Below are positions 16,244 to 24,734 of a stretch of DNA of 64,000 nt, piece after piece. The position numbers were made by a program, and so were the translations under genes. This DNA comes from Elusimicrobiota bacterium (GTDB lineage: Bacteria > Elusimicrobiota > Endomicrobiia > Endomicrobiales > JBDRNC01): contig JBDRNC010000023.1 in the NCBI GenBank assembly GCA_043811535.1, forward strand, positions 2,216 through 66,215, in the 5' to 3' direction. How positions within the stretch are numbered: position 1 is the stretch's first letter; each line of letters begins with the position of its first letter. The notes beneath the pieces were generated by a model, which was not told the origin of the DNA, ran no database searches, and saw nothing but the letters and a program-made list of their open reading frames with translations.

Positions 16244-16353
16244 CCCTTCCCTCTTGTAGGGGAGGGTGAGGGTGGGGAGTAACGCCATCCCCATCCCGTC
16301 CTTCCCCATAAAGGGGGAAGGTGTAGGTTAAAAACAGATTAAAGAGGATATAA
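16244..16353. repeat. G/C-rich composite hairpin cassette abutting the rseP start codon
   Basis: The hairpin ccttcccc/ggggaagg (16300-16321) plus a 32-nt tail carrying the SD is homologous to 58726-58781. Confidence 0.75.
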
Positions 16354-17424
16354 ATGATTACCATTTTAGGTTACGAAATAACAATTCTGCAGATTTTCAC
16401 CGTTGTTTTCGGCATAGGGCTTCTTATTTTCGTGCACGAGCTGGGGCATTTCCTGATGGCCAAATATTTCAGGCTGAGGGTTGAGAAATTCGCCTTCGGC
16501 TTCGGCCCGGAGCTTATTGGCTTTACACGCGGCGAAACGCGTTATTCGATATGCGCGTTCCCTCTGGGCGGTATGGTGAAACTGCCGGGCGAAGATATAG
16601 ATTCGGCCACGGGTTCCCCGGACGAATTCATGTCGCAGGCCTGGTATAAACGGCTTTTGATAGCTTTTTTCGGCCCGATGATGAATTATATTCTGGCGGT
16701 TCTGTTGTTTGCCGGTGTTGTTTATCTGTGGGGAGTGCAAAAGCCGGTACCTGACCCTATCATAGGACAGGTCATTGAAGGCAGGCCGGCTCAAAAAGCC
16801 GGAATACTCACGGGAGACAGGATCATCAGCGTCAACGCGGTGCAGGTAAAATCCTGGGAAGAGATGGCCTCGTACATATATAAACATCCGGAGGAAAATC
16901 TCAGATTCATAATTGAAAGACAGGAAAAAAGGATCAAGTTGGACATAAGGACAGCAAAAGATTCGAAAACAGGCTATGGTATCATCGGTGTTACGCCCCG
17001 GATGGAATACGAGAAGTACGGATTGGCGGGTTCGGTCAATCTTGGGGTAAAACTTGCCGTGTTTCAGTCGGTTTACACCCTCAAATACCTGGGAACTAAG
17101 CTGATCAGGTGGGAAAAACCTGAACTGGCCGGCCCGATAGGCGTCATACAGATACTCGCGAAGGCCGCCAAGATGGGAATTGACAACATTCTTTACCTGC
17201 TCGGCGTAATATCTGTTGCGCTGGGGCTTTTCAACCTGCTGCCGATACCCCTCGTGGACGGCGGGCACATAACGATAGCCGTGATAGAGTGTGTAACGCG
17301 GAAACCAATAAACAAAAAACTCGTGCAGCTGTCGAACTTTGTAGGCCTAGGGATTATAATATTCATTTTCATATTCGCAACGTACAGCGATATAGCGAGA
17401 ATAGTGCTGGACATGAAAAAATAG
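16354..17424 (+). CDS. rseP: RIP (site-2) zinc metalloprotease RseP
   Basis: 'HELGHFLMAK', a PDZ region, and 'NLLPIPLVDGGH'. Confidence 0.92.
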   Translation: MITILGYEITILQIFTVVFGIGLLIFVHELGHFLMAKYFRLRVEKFAFGFGPELIGFTRGETRYSICAFPLGGMVKLPGEDIDSATGSPDEFMSQAWYKRLLIAFFGPMMNYILAVLLFAGVVYLWGVQKPVPDPIIGQVIEGRPAQKAGILTGDRIISVNAVQVKSWEEMASYIYKHPEENLRFIIERQEKRIKLDIRTAKDSKTGYGIIGVTPRMEYEKYGLAGSVNLGVKLAVFQSVYTLKYLGTKLIRWEKPELAGPIGVIQILAKAAKMGIDNILYLLGVISVALGLFNLLPIPLVDGGHITIAVIECVTRKPINKKLVQLSNFVGLGIIIFIFIFATYSDIARIVLDMKK

Positions 17425-17499
17425 TGTAATGTGGAATGTGTGATGTGTAATGAAGTTTATTAAAGAGGATTATTCTTTACACATTAAACATAACACATT
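17425..17499. repeat. Hairpin repeat, family A
   Basis: tgtaatgtggaatgtgtgatgtgtaatgaag ... ctttacacattaaacataacacatt. Confidence 0.75.
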
Positions 17500-17512
17500 T
17501 TAAGGAATTTAA

Positions 17513-18604
17513 GTGTTTACCCGTAACAATACCAGGAAGATTAAGATAGGCAAGGTTGTCATCGGCGGCGGGAGCCGTATCGCCGTGCAGTCTATGACCA
17601 ATACTGACACGAAAAATGTTTCCGCTACCGTAAACCAGATAAAACAGCTTGAGGGCCTCGGATGCGAGATCGTTCGCGTAGCTGTGCCCGATATGGACGC
17701 GGCGCGCAGGTTAGGGGAAATAAAGAGAAGAATAAACATCCCGCTTGTAGCCGATATACATTTTGATTACCGGCTCGCGCTTGAAGCGATAAATCAGGGC
17801 GTTGACAAGCTTAGGATAAACCCCGGGAACATAGGCTCCGAAGAGAAAGTCGACGCAGTCGTACTGGCCGCAAAAAAGGCCAAGATACCTATCAGGATAG
17901 GCGTCAATGCCGGTTCTCTTAAGACTGTCCGGGGCGTGCATGACGCGGCGAAAAGAGCGGAAAAACTTGTTGATTCGGCAATTCAACACGTGAAAATGCT
18001 TGAAAACCGGAGTTTCCGCGACATCGTGGTGTCATTGAAGGCTTCAGACGTCGCTACGACGGTTGAGGCATATAAACTATTCGCGGCGAAAAGGAATTAT
18101 CCTCTTCATCTCGGCATCACCGAGGCCGGAAGCCTGTTCAGCGGCGCGATAAAATCGTCCGTAGGTATGGGTATTATGCTCTACGTTGGGCTGGGTGACA
18201 CTATAAGGGTATCGCTGACTTCGGACCCCGAAGAGGAGGTCAAGGCATCCTACAAGATACTTCAATCGCTCGGGCTCAGGTCTGCGGGGGTTGAGATCAT
18301 TTCCTGTCCCACCTGCAGCAGGTGCGAAGTTAATCTGATTAAAATAGTCAACGAGTTGGAGAAGGAGCTTGCCCTAATAACCGGAAGCTCGGAACTAAAA
18401 TCTAAAAAACCGATAAAAGTCGCGGTCATGGGCTGTGTGGTAAACGGCCCGGGAGAAGCGTCTGAAGCGGATATAGGCATAGCCGGAGGGAAAAATACGG
18501 GGATTTTATTCAGCGGCGGAAAGGTGATAGGTAAAGTGTCTCCGGATAAGTGGGTGAAAACGCTTAAAAAACTTGTAATAAGAAAGGTTAAGGGTCTTAG
18601 GTAG
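17513..18604 (+). CDS. ispG: HMBPP synthase (GcpE)
   Basis: 'VQSMTNTDT', 'CPTCSRC' and 'VMGCVVNGPGE'. Confidence 0.93.
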   Translation: MFTRNNTRKIKIGKVVIGGGSRIAVQSMTNTDTKNVSATVNQIKQLEGLGCEIVRVAVPDMDAARRLGEIKRRINIPLVADIHFDYRLALEAINQGVDKLRINPGNIGSEEKVDAVVLAAKKAKIPIRIGVNAGSLKTVRGVHDAAKRAEKLVDSAIQHVKMLENRSFRDIVVSLKASDVATTVEAYKLFAAKRNYPLHLGITEAGSLFSGAIKSSVGMGIMLYVGLGDTIRVSLTSDPEEEVKASYKILQSLGLRSAGVEIISCPTCSRCEVNLIKIVNELEKELALITGSSELKSKKPIKVAVMGCVVNGPGEASEADIGIAGGKNTGILFSGGKVIGKVSPDKWVKTLKKLVIRKVKGLR

Positions 18605-18605
18605 A

Positions 18606-19076
18606 ATGGCAAAACAGAGTTATTTGACCAAAGAGGGCTACAGAAAACTGTGCGACGAACTTGACAGGCTGAAGAAACGCAAGCCCGCGCTGCAGGAAGA
18701 GATAGCTCGCGCCCGTGAACACGGCGACCTGCGCGAAAACGCGGAATATCACGCCGCGAAGGAAAGCCTGACCAACCTTCAGCGCCGCATAATGGAACTT
18801 GATACCAAGCTTTCCAACAGCGCTATCATAGATAACTCTCAGATGGAAAAGGACAAGGTCTATATAGGCGCCACGGTCAGCCTGCTGGATGTTGATTCCG
18901 CGGACGAATTTTCGTACACTATAGTAGATGTTGAAGAAGCCGATCTCGCGGTTGGAAAGATCTCGATGCAGTCGCCGCTCGCGCAGGGGCTCATGGGCCA
19001 TAAGACAGGCGAAACTGTGACGGTAGACCTGCCGGCCGGCCCGCTTAAATTGAAGATACTTAAAATAAATAGATAA
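18606..19076 (+). CDS. greA: Transcription elongation factor GreA
   Basis: 'GDLRENAEYHAAKE'. Confidence 0.93.
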   Translation: MAKQSYLTKEGYRKLCDELDRLKKRKPALQEEIARAREHGDLRENAEYHAAKESLTNLQRRIMELDTKLSNSAIIDNSQMEKDKVYIGATVSLLDVDSADEFSYTIVDVEEADLAVGKISMQSPLAQGLMGHKTGETVTVDLPAGPLKLKILKINR

Positions 19077-19078
19077 TA

Positions 19079-19166
19079 TAGTTCATAGTTCGGAGTTGGT
19101 AGTTCGTAGTTAAGGTTAAAGGCAATTATAATACTGCGAACTCTGGACTACGAACTTCGAACTAAT
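19079..19166. repeat. Hairpin repeat ('cgaactac' words)
   Basis: agttcgtagt pairs with actacgaact, plus flanking word pairings. Confidence 0.65.
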
Positions 19167-19179
19167 CAATGGAGTTATT

Positions 19180-20904
19180 ATGCGTTTCACGCAACTATTC
19201 ATACCCACTTTAAGAGAGGCGCCGGCAGACGCTGATATTATATCGGCGAAACTTATGCTTAGGGCCGGGATGATAAGGAAATTGGCGTCAGGCATATATG
19301 AATGGCTCCCGCTGGGGCTGAAAGTCCTAAAGAAGGTAGAACAGATCATACGCGAGGAAATGAACGCGATAAACGGACACGAGGTTTCCCTGCCTATCCT
19401 GCTTCCTAAGGAATTGTGGGAAGAAACAGGCAGGTGGGGGTTATACGGAAAGGAGCTTTTCAGGATCAAGGACAGGAAGGAATCCGAGTTCTGTCTGGGT
19501 CCGACCCACGAAGAGGTAATGACGGATCTTGTCAGGCGCGAAGTCCGCTCTTACAGGCAGCTTCCTCTAATGCTTTACCAGTTCGGGACCAAGTTCCGCG
19601 ACGAGATCAGGCCCCGGTTCGGCGTAATGCGCGCCAGAGAATTCTTGATGAAAGACGCGTATTCATTCCACGCGGATGAAAAAGACGCCGAAGCGTATTA
19701 TCAGGAAGCTTACAAAGCCTATGAAAATATCTGCAGGCGCTGCGGTTTCAAGTTCAGGGTCGTTGAAGCTACCACAGGTCAGATAGGCGGTTCCTTCTCG
19801 CACGAATTCATGGTTCTGGCGGATACGGGAGAAGAAGAGATTGCCTGGTGCGAATGCGGATACGGCGCCAATGTGGAAAAGGCTGAGTGCGGAAAGACGG
19901 AAGAGGGAAGAGGGAAGACGGAAGAAGAAAAAACCATTGAAGAAATACACACCCCCAATTTGAAATCCGTAGAGGAAGTGGGGAAGTTCCTTGAAATGCC
20001 GGCCGATAAATTTATTAAAACCATGATATACATTGCCGACGGCAAGCCCCTTGTCGCCCTGGTAAGGGGAGATCATGAAATAAACGAAACCAAGCTTCAG
20101 AGCGCGGCTGGCGTGTCTGAAATTAAGCTGGCGGACGAAGCGACAATTGAAAAACTCACCGGCGCGCCTCTCGGTTTCGCGGGTCCTGTCGGGATGAAAA
20201 ACAAGACGACGGTCATCGCGGACCATTCCATCGAATGCGTGGCCAACTCTGTGTCCGGCGCGAACAGGAAGGATTATCACCTGAAAAATATTAATGCCGG
20301 CAGGGATTACAAGCCCGACATCACGGCCGATATAAGGAAAGTAAAGCCGGGCGACAAATGCGCGCGCTGCGGAAAAGAGCTCAAGTTCTGCAGGGGTATC
20401 GAGATCGGCCACATTTTCAAACTCGGTTACAAATATTCGAAAGCGATGAATGTTAACTACCTGGACGCCGACGGGAAGGAAAACACCATGGTGATGGGGA
20501 CTTACGGCATAGGCGTATCGCGCATTGTCGCGGCCACTATAGAGCAGTCTAACGACGAGAATGGTATAATATGGCCCATGCCGCTGGCGCCGTATAAAGT
20601 CGTCATAATCCCCGTCAACATAAAGGATGAACAGGTAAAGAACACAGCGGAGAGCATCTATGCGGGACTGATTAAGGAGGGCATAGATACGCTGATAGAT
20701 GACCGCGACGAACGTGCCGGGGTTAAGTTCAAGGACGCGGACCTCACAGGTATTCCGTACCGTATAACTATAGGCGAGAAGAACCTTAAAGACGGCAAAG
20801 CTGAACTCAAGAAACGGGCCGATAAACAGGGAACAACGGAGCTCGTGCCCGTCTCGGATATAATAGGAAAAGTGACAGGGCTTATTAAAAATCAAGACCG
20901 TTGA
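19180..20904 (+). CDS. proS: Prolyl-tRNA synthetase (bacterial type with editing insertion)
   Basis: 'LRAGMIRKLASGIY' and 'FRDEIRPRFGVMRAREF'. 574 aa. Confidence 0.95.
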   Translation: MRFTQLFIPTLREAPADADIISAKLMLRAGMIRKLASGIYEWLPLGLKVLKKVEQIIREEMNAINGHEVSLPILLPKELWEETGRWGLYGKELFRIKDRKESEFCLGPTHEEVMTDLVRREVRSYRQLPLMLYQFGTKFRDEIRPRFGVMRAREFLMKDAYSFHADEKDAEAYYQEAYKAYENICRRCGFKFRVVEATTGQIGGSFSHEFMVLADTGEEEIAWCECGYGANVEKAECGKTEEGRGKTEEEKTIEEIHTPNLKSVEEVGKFLEMPADKFIKTMIYIADGKPLVALVRGDHEINETKLQSAAGVSEIKLADEATIEKLTGAPLGFAGPVGMKNKTTVIADHSIECVANSVSGANRKDYHLKNINAGRDYKPDITADIRKVKPGDKCARCGKELKFCRGIEIGHIFKLGYKYSKAMNVNYLDADGKENTMVMGTYGIGVSRIVAATIEQSNDENGIIWPMPLAPYKVVIIPVNIKDEQVKNTAESIYAGLIKEGIDTLIDDRDERAGVKFKDADLTGIPYRITIGEKNLKDGKAELKKRADKQGTTELVPVSDIIGKVTGLIKNQDR

Positions 20905-20962
20905 AAAAGTCCTCAACGGCGATTGCTGGGGTTTTTCATCAATCTCAAATTACTGATACCGC

Positions 20963-22825
20963 ATGCAAACCAATCAATTCCGAATTATTCTTTTTCCTCT
21001 AATTGCTGTTTTTTTTCTCCTATCTACCGCACCGGCGGTATTTTTGCGGGCTACGGTCTCTAAATCAAACCTTAAAAAAGCCTCAACAGGCACAATAGAA
21101 CTTAAGAATGACTATATAACTGTAGTCGTTGACGATACCGGCAAGTTTACCGTAGGAACAGTGGAAGGCGACCCAACGATTGATTCGGACAACGAGAAAG
21201 ACCTTCTGTACGGCCATCCCAGCCCGTCGACTTCGGAAACGATGATTCTGGTCGACAGCATCACTTATACTTTCGGCGAAGACGGTACGAACACGACAGC
21301 CCCTGCGCTGAGCGGAGACACCCTGGTTTGCGCGTGGAACGTAGCTAAAAACATCGTTGTTACGCAGACAATGACGATCGTTAAGAGTAAGGGCACGCGC
21401 AATGACGATACTATAGAGATAAAATACACGTTAAAGAACAACGACACCGCCGCTCATAAGGTGGCCCTGCGCATCCAGCTGGACACTCTGCTGGGCGAAA
21501 ATGACGGGGCGCCTTTCAGGGTGCCCAACATAGGCGAAGTGACTAAGGATAAGGAATTCGCCAACAGCACATACACGGTAACAATACCTGACATTCCTCA
21601 GTTTGTTCATGTTTTTGACAGCCTGTCAAATCCCACGGTTTTTTCCATGCTGACTTTCAAGGACATTGGCTACAGGACCCCCGACAGGCTCATCCTGGGA
21701 TACTGGCCGGATTCGTACAACTCATGGGATTACACCGTAGATCCCAACCAGTCCTTTCTTGATTATGACGGCGACGGCGAGATCACCGGCAGCAGCCCTG
21801 ACAGCGACAGCTCGGCGGTCATTTATTGGGGCTATCCCTATAACGCCATATCGCTGGCGCCGGGAGAATCGCTCGACCTGGCCTTCCTGTATGGATTATC
21901 AAACATGAACTACGTGGCCGGAGTGCCCTTCAATATAGGACTGACATCTCCGAGTGAATTTGAAGCTAGCTACTCCGGCTCGGTCTTCGCGTATTATCCG
22001 CAGCCGTTCACTGTAACAGCATACTTGCTGAACACCCTAAATACCTCGGTTAACAACGGCACAATAACGCTTAACCTGCCTACGGAATTTTATCTTGTGC
22101 CCGGAGAGACCGCGACAAAATACATTGAGGAAGTCAGCGGTTCGCGCTCTGTCGGGGCGCTGAAAAGCGCGCAGGTTTCGTGGAGCGTGAAAACTTTCGC
22201 GCGGTATAAGGGAGACAGGACGTTTTCCGTAACGTCAAACACGGGCTACGGCTTGCTGACGGTCGGGCGCATGATATACGTGCCGGGCATCGCGAACGCC
22301 GTTTTCGGCCAGGTAACGGATAAGTCGGGCAATCCGATACGCAGCGCCACCGTGGAATTGCTGCAGAACGGCGTGCTTATTTCGGCAGTTTCTACTAATT
22401 CCGACGGCGTTTACATATTTTCGGGGCTCGCGCTGGGAGAATACTCGGTCAGGATAACCGCCGCGGGTTATCCTGTATTCACGATGCCCGCTACCGTCAC
22501 GGCAGATTCCTCAAGCACGAATCCCGTTTTGGACTCCTCACCCGCGGAGCCGTTTGAGTGTTTCGCGTATCCAACGCCCGTGAAAGAAGGCGACGTCAGG
22601 ATCCGTTTCTATACAACGAAGAATTCGGACCTGACAGTCCGGATATTCGACGCGGCGGGAGGACTGATCAAAACATATTCCGTTATTCCGGCCGCCGGCC
22701 AATGGCAGGAAGTCCTCTGGAACATAGACGATGTCGCTAACGGGGTGTACTTTTTTTCGATTAGCGGCGCCGGCGCGGATATGAAAGGCAAAATAGCGGT
22801 CATTAAAAGAAAACCAATGCAATGA
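20963..22825 (+). CDS. Secreted protein: unknown N-domain, carboxypeptidase-regulatory-like domain, and T9SS-type / FlgD-Ig-like C-terminal domain
   Basis: Signal peptide present. 'GQVTDKSGNPIRSATVELL...DGVYIFSGLALGEYSV' is CarboxypepD_reg-like. The C-terminus 'YPTPVKEGDVRIRFY...GVYFFSI...GKIAVIK' resembles a sorting domain. Confidence 0.55.
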   Translation: MQTNQFRIILFPLIAVFFLLSTAPAVFLRATVSKSNLKKASTGTIELKNDYITVVVDDTGKFTVGTVEGDPTIDSDNEKDLLYGHPSPSTSETMILVDSITYTFGEDGTNTTAPALSGDTLVCAWNVAKNIVVTQTMTIVKSKGTRNDDTIEIKYTLKNNDTAAHKVALRIQLDTLLGENDGAPFRVPNIGEVTKDKEFANSTYTVTIPDIPQFVHVFDSLSNPTVFSMLTFKDIGYRTPDRLILGYWPDSYNSWDYTVDPNQSFLDYDGDGEITGSSPDSDSSAVIYWGYPYNAISLAPGESLDLAFLYGLSNMNYVAGVPFNIGLTSPSEFEASYSGSVFAYYPQPFTVTAYLLNTLNTSVNNGTITLNLPTEFYLVPGETATKYIEEVSGSRSVGALKSAQVSWSVKTFARYKGDRTFSVTSNTGYGLLTVGRMIYVPGIANAVFGQVTDKSGNPIRSATVELLQNGVLISAVSTNSDGVYIFSGLALGEYSVRITAAGYPVFTMPATVTADSSSTNPVLDSSPAEPFECFAYPTPVKEGDVRIRFYTTKNSDLTVRIFDAAGGLIKTYSVIPAAGQWQEVLWNIDDVANGVYFFSISGAGADMKGKIAVIKRKPMQ

Positions 22826-23868
22826 ACCGTAAAAGTAATAAATCATTTATCGTATTCCTTGCCCTGTGCATGACGGGTCTTTGCGCTTTCCTTCATGCTG
22901 ATGACAAAGGGAAATCACAGACTGCGGCGGCTTATCTCTGGATAACTCCCAGCATAAGGGCTGCCGCCCTGGGCAGCGCCTTTACGGGGCTTTCCGATGA
23001 TTCGGGCGCGCTGTATTACAATCAGGGGGGCATAGCGTTAACTCAGCGCCACGAGATATCGCTGACATCCTCGATGCTCGGACTTGACAGGAAATACAAC
23101 TACATGTCATATATCTATTCATTCGCAAAGGAGAGAAACCGTACCTCCAGGTATTGGGACAATTGGAACTCTCTGGAAAACAGAGAAAAGATATTCAGGG
23201 CTCCCGCGGAAAGATATTACGGCATTGGCATCGCCATGACAAGTTTCGGTGTGGACGCGATAGATTCATATGACGAGTTCGGCAATAAGGGCGCAGCGAT
23301 AACCGACGCCGAAAATACCGTTCTGCTGGGTTTCGGAATAAACGCTTTCGAAGACATTTACTGGGGAATCAACCTGAAGCTTTACAGCCAGACGCTAAGC
23401 GATGTGAATGCTTCCGGCTTCGGAGCTGACATGGGATTTCTCTTCGCGAACCCCAAGGACAGGTTCACGTGGGGCGTATCGTTCCAGAATATCGCCGCAA
23501 TGCTTAAATGGAAAGTGCCGGACGATATCACGAACCTTGTATCTGAATACAGCGAACCCATACAGATGACTTCGCGGCTGGGAGCGGCGTACAGGTTCTC
23601 GAAAAAATCGCTGCTCCTTACCGACATAGACTATGCCTCGAAGCAGAATGTCGGATGGCACATAGGCCATGAATACATGCTGAACAAGTGGACTGCCGTG
23701 CGTGTAGGAATGGATAATACGGATCCGACTTTTGGAATGGGTTTCGCTCTGCTCAAAAAATCCTTTGAACTTGAAGTTGATTACGCGTATGTGTTCGACA
23801 CGCAGGGCCTTTCAAATCTCCACCGCCTTGGTCTTACGGCAAAATTCTTATCGATGAGATTTATATGA
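22822..23868 (+). CDS. PorV/PorQ-family (UPF0164-like) outer-membrane beta-barrel protein
   Basis: Signal peptide present. 'AAAYLWITPSIRAAALGSAFTGLSDDSGALYYNQGGIA' and alternating beta-strand patterns ending in F. The start overlaps the upstream stop by 4 nt. Confidence 0.6.
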   Translation: MNRKSNKSFIVFLALCMTGLCAFLHADDKGKSQTAAAYLWITPSIRAAALGSAFTGLSDDSGALYYNQGGIALTQRHEISLTSSMLGLDRKYNYMSYIYSFAKERNRTSRYWDNWNSLENREKIFRAPAERYYGIGIAMTSFGVDAIDSYDEFGNKGAAITDAENTVLLGFGINAFEDIYWGINLKLYSQTLSDVNASGFGADMGFLFANPKDRFTWGVSFQNIAAMLKWKVPDDITNLVSEYSEPIQMTSRLGAAYRFSKKSLLLTDIDYASKQNVGWHIGHEYMLNKWTAVRVGMDNTDPTFGMGFALLKKSFELEVDYAYVFDTQGLSNLHRLGLTAKFLSMRFI

Positions 23869-23947
23869 GCGCTTCGGCGAAATCCTCCGAACCTCAGATA
23901 GGTCGGGACAAAGCGGTGAGCAGCAACGCATTATTTTTTGAAATTAC

Positions 23948-23976
23948 TTGATAATAAGCAAAGTATTTTGTATAAT
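23948..23976 (+). promoter_or_regulatory. Sigma70-type promoter (TTGATA-17-TATAAT) upstream of rimP-nusA-infB
   Basis: -35 at 23948-23953 and -10 at 23971-23976. Confidence 0.55.
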
Positions 23977-23985
23977 CTAATTGTT

Positions 23986-24017
23986 AAGAGTGGCTGTACG
24001 CCACTCTTTATTTTTGG
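23986..24017 (+). terminator. Strong intrinsic terminator/attenuator 10 nt after the -10 box
   Basis: aagagtggc / gccactctt forms a 9-bp stem with a 5-nt loop, followed by tattttt. Confidence 0.65.
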
Positions 24018-24139
24018 AAAGCCGAAGGCTTGACATCCCGCCGTTAGGCAGGACTAGGTGCCGAAAGAAGGTATTAGATAAAGCCTGTCCCGAGGCTTGC
24101 CGAGGGATTGGCACCTTAAAAGTCATTTAATATAACACA

Positions 24140-24595
24140 ATGAATTTACAGGAAAGAATAGAATCCGCCGTTGCGTCTCTGCTGGAAACCGAGAAGCTCG
24201 AGCTTGTCGACATTCAGATCATGGGAGAACACGGCAAGAAAGTCGTCAGGTTCTTCATTGACAAAGAGGGCGGGATAAACCTTTCCGACTGCGAAACTAT
24301 GAGCCGCAAAATGGGGGATGAACTGGACAAAACTGATATTTTTCCGGACGGATACATCCTTGAAGTCTCGTCGCCCGGGATGGACAGGGTGCTTAAAAAG
24401 GAAAAAGATTTTGTCAAATACAAGGGAAAAAAGGTCCGTGTTACGGTTTTTGCTCCGATCGACGGCCAGCGCAATTTTCTCGGAGAGATATTAGATTTTG
24501 AGAATAATTGTGTGAAAATAAACGATGTTACGGGAAGAATAGTGGCGATAGGATTGGATAAGATAGCCCGCGCGAGACTGGAACCGGAAATATAA
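24140..24595 (+). CDS. rimP: Ribosome maturation factor RimP
   Basis: 'LELVDIQIMGEHGKKVVRFFIDKEGG' and 'LEVSSPGMDRVL'. Confidence 0.9.
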   Translation: MNLQERIESAVASLLETEKLELVDIQIMGEHGKKVVRFFIDKEGGINLSDCETMSRKMGDELDKTDIFPDGYILEVSSPGMDRVLKKEKDFVKYKGKKVRVTVFAPIDGQRNFLGEILDFENNCVKINDVTGRIVAIGLDKIARARLEPEI

Positions 24596-24607
24596 CATAA
24601 CAATAAC

Positions 24608-24704
24608 AAAATTCAAATGTCAAAATATAAAGCCAATGTTTAATATTCAAAAGAAAATGATTTGAAATTGTAATTTGTCCTTATATTTTGTCATTTGTGC
24701 TTTG
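24608..24704. repeat. Hairpin repeat, family I ('ttcaaat / tgtcaaaa' words)
   Basis: ttcaaatgtcaaaatataaag pairs with ccttatattttgtcatttg. An inner attcaaa/tttgaaat hairpin is present. Confidence 0.6.
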
Positions 24705-24734
24705 CAATTAGAGTTTATTTATTGGAGGATTTTA

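Noticed and set aside
19663-20916. Long antisense ORFs. Examples: 417 aa opposite proS; 6542-7633 opposite rnfC; 31955-33034 opposite the EF-G paralog; 16366-17268 opposite rseP; 57726-58352 opposite GH3.
   Set aside because: The + strand partners have unmistakable conserved motifs. The antisense translations are Arg/Phe/Tyr/Gly-rich low-complexity sequences with no SD, so they are shadow ORFs.
24030-24058. A second TTGACA in the rimP leader as an alternative promoter.
   Set aside because: There is no acceptable -10 hexamer 16-19 nt downstream (the sequence there is actagg/taggtg).
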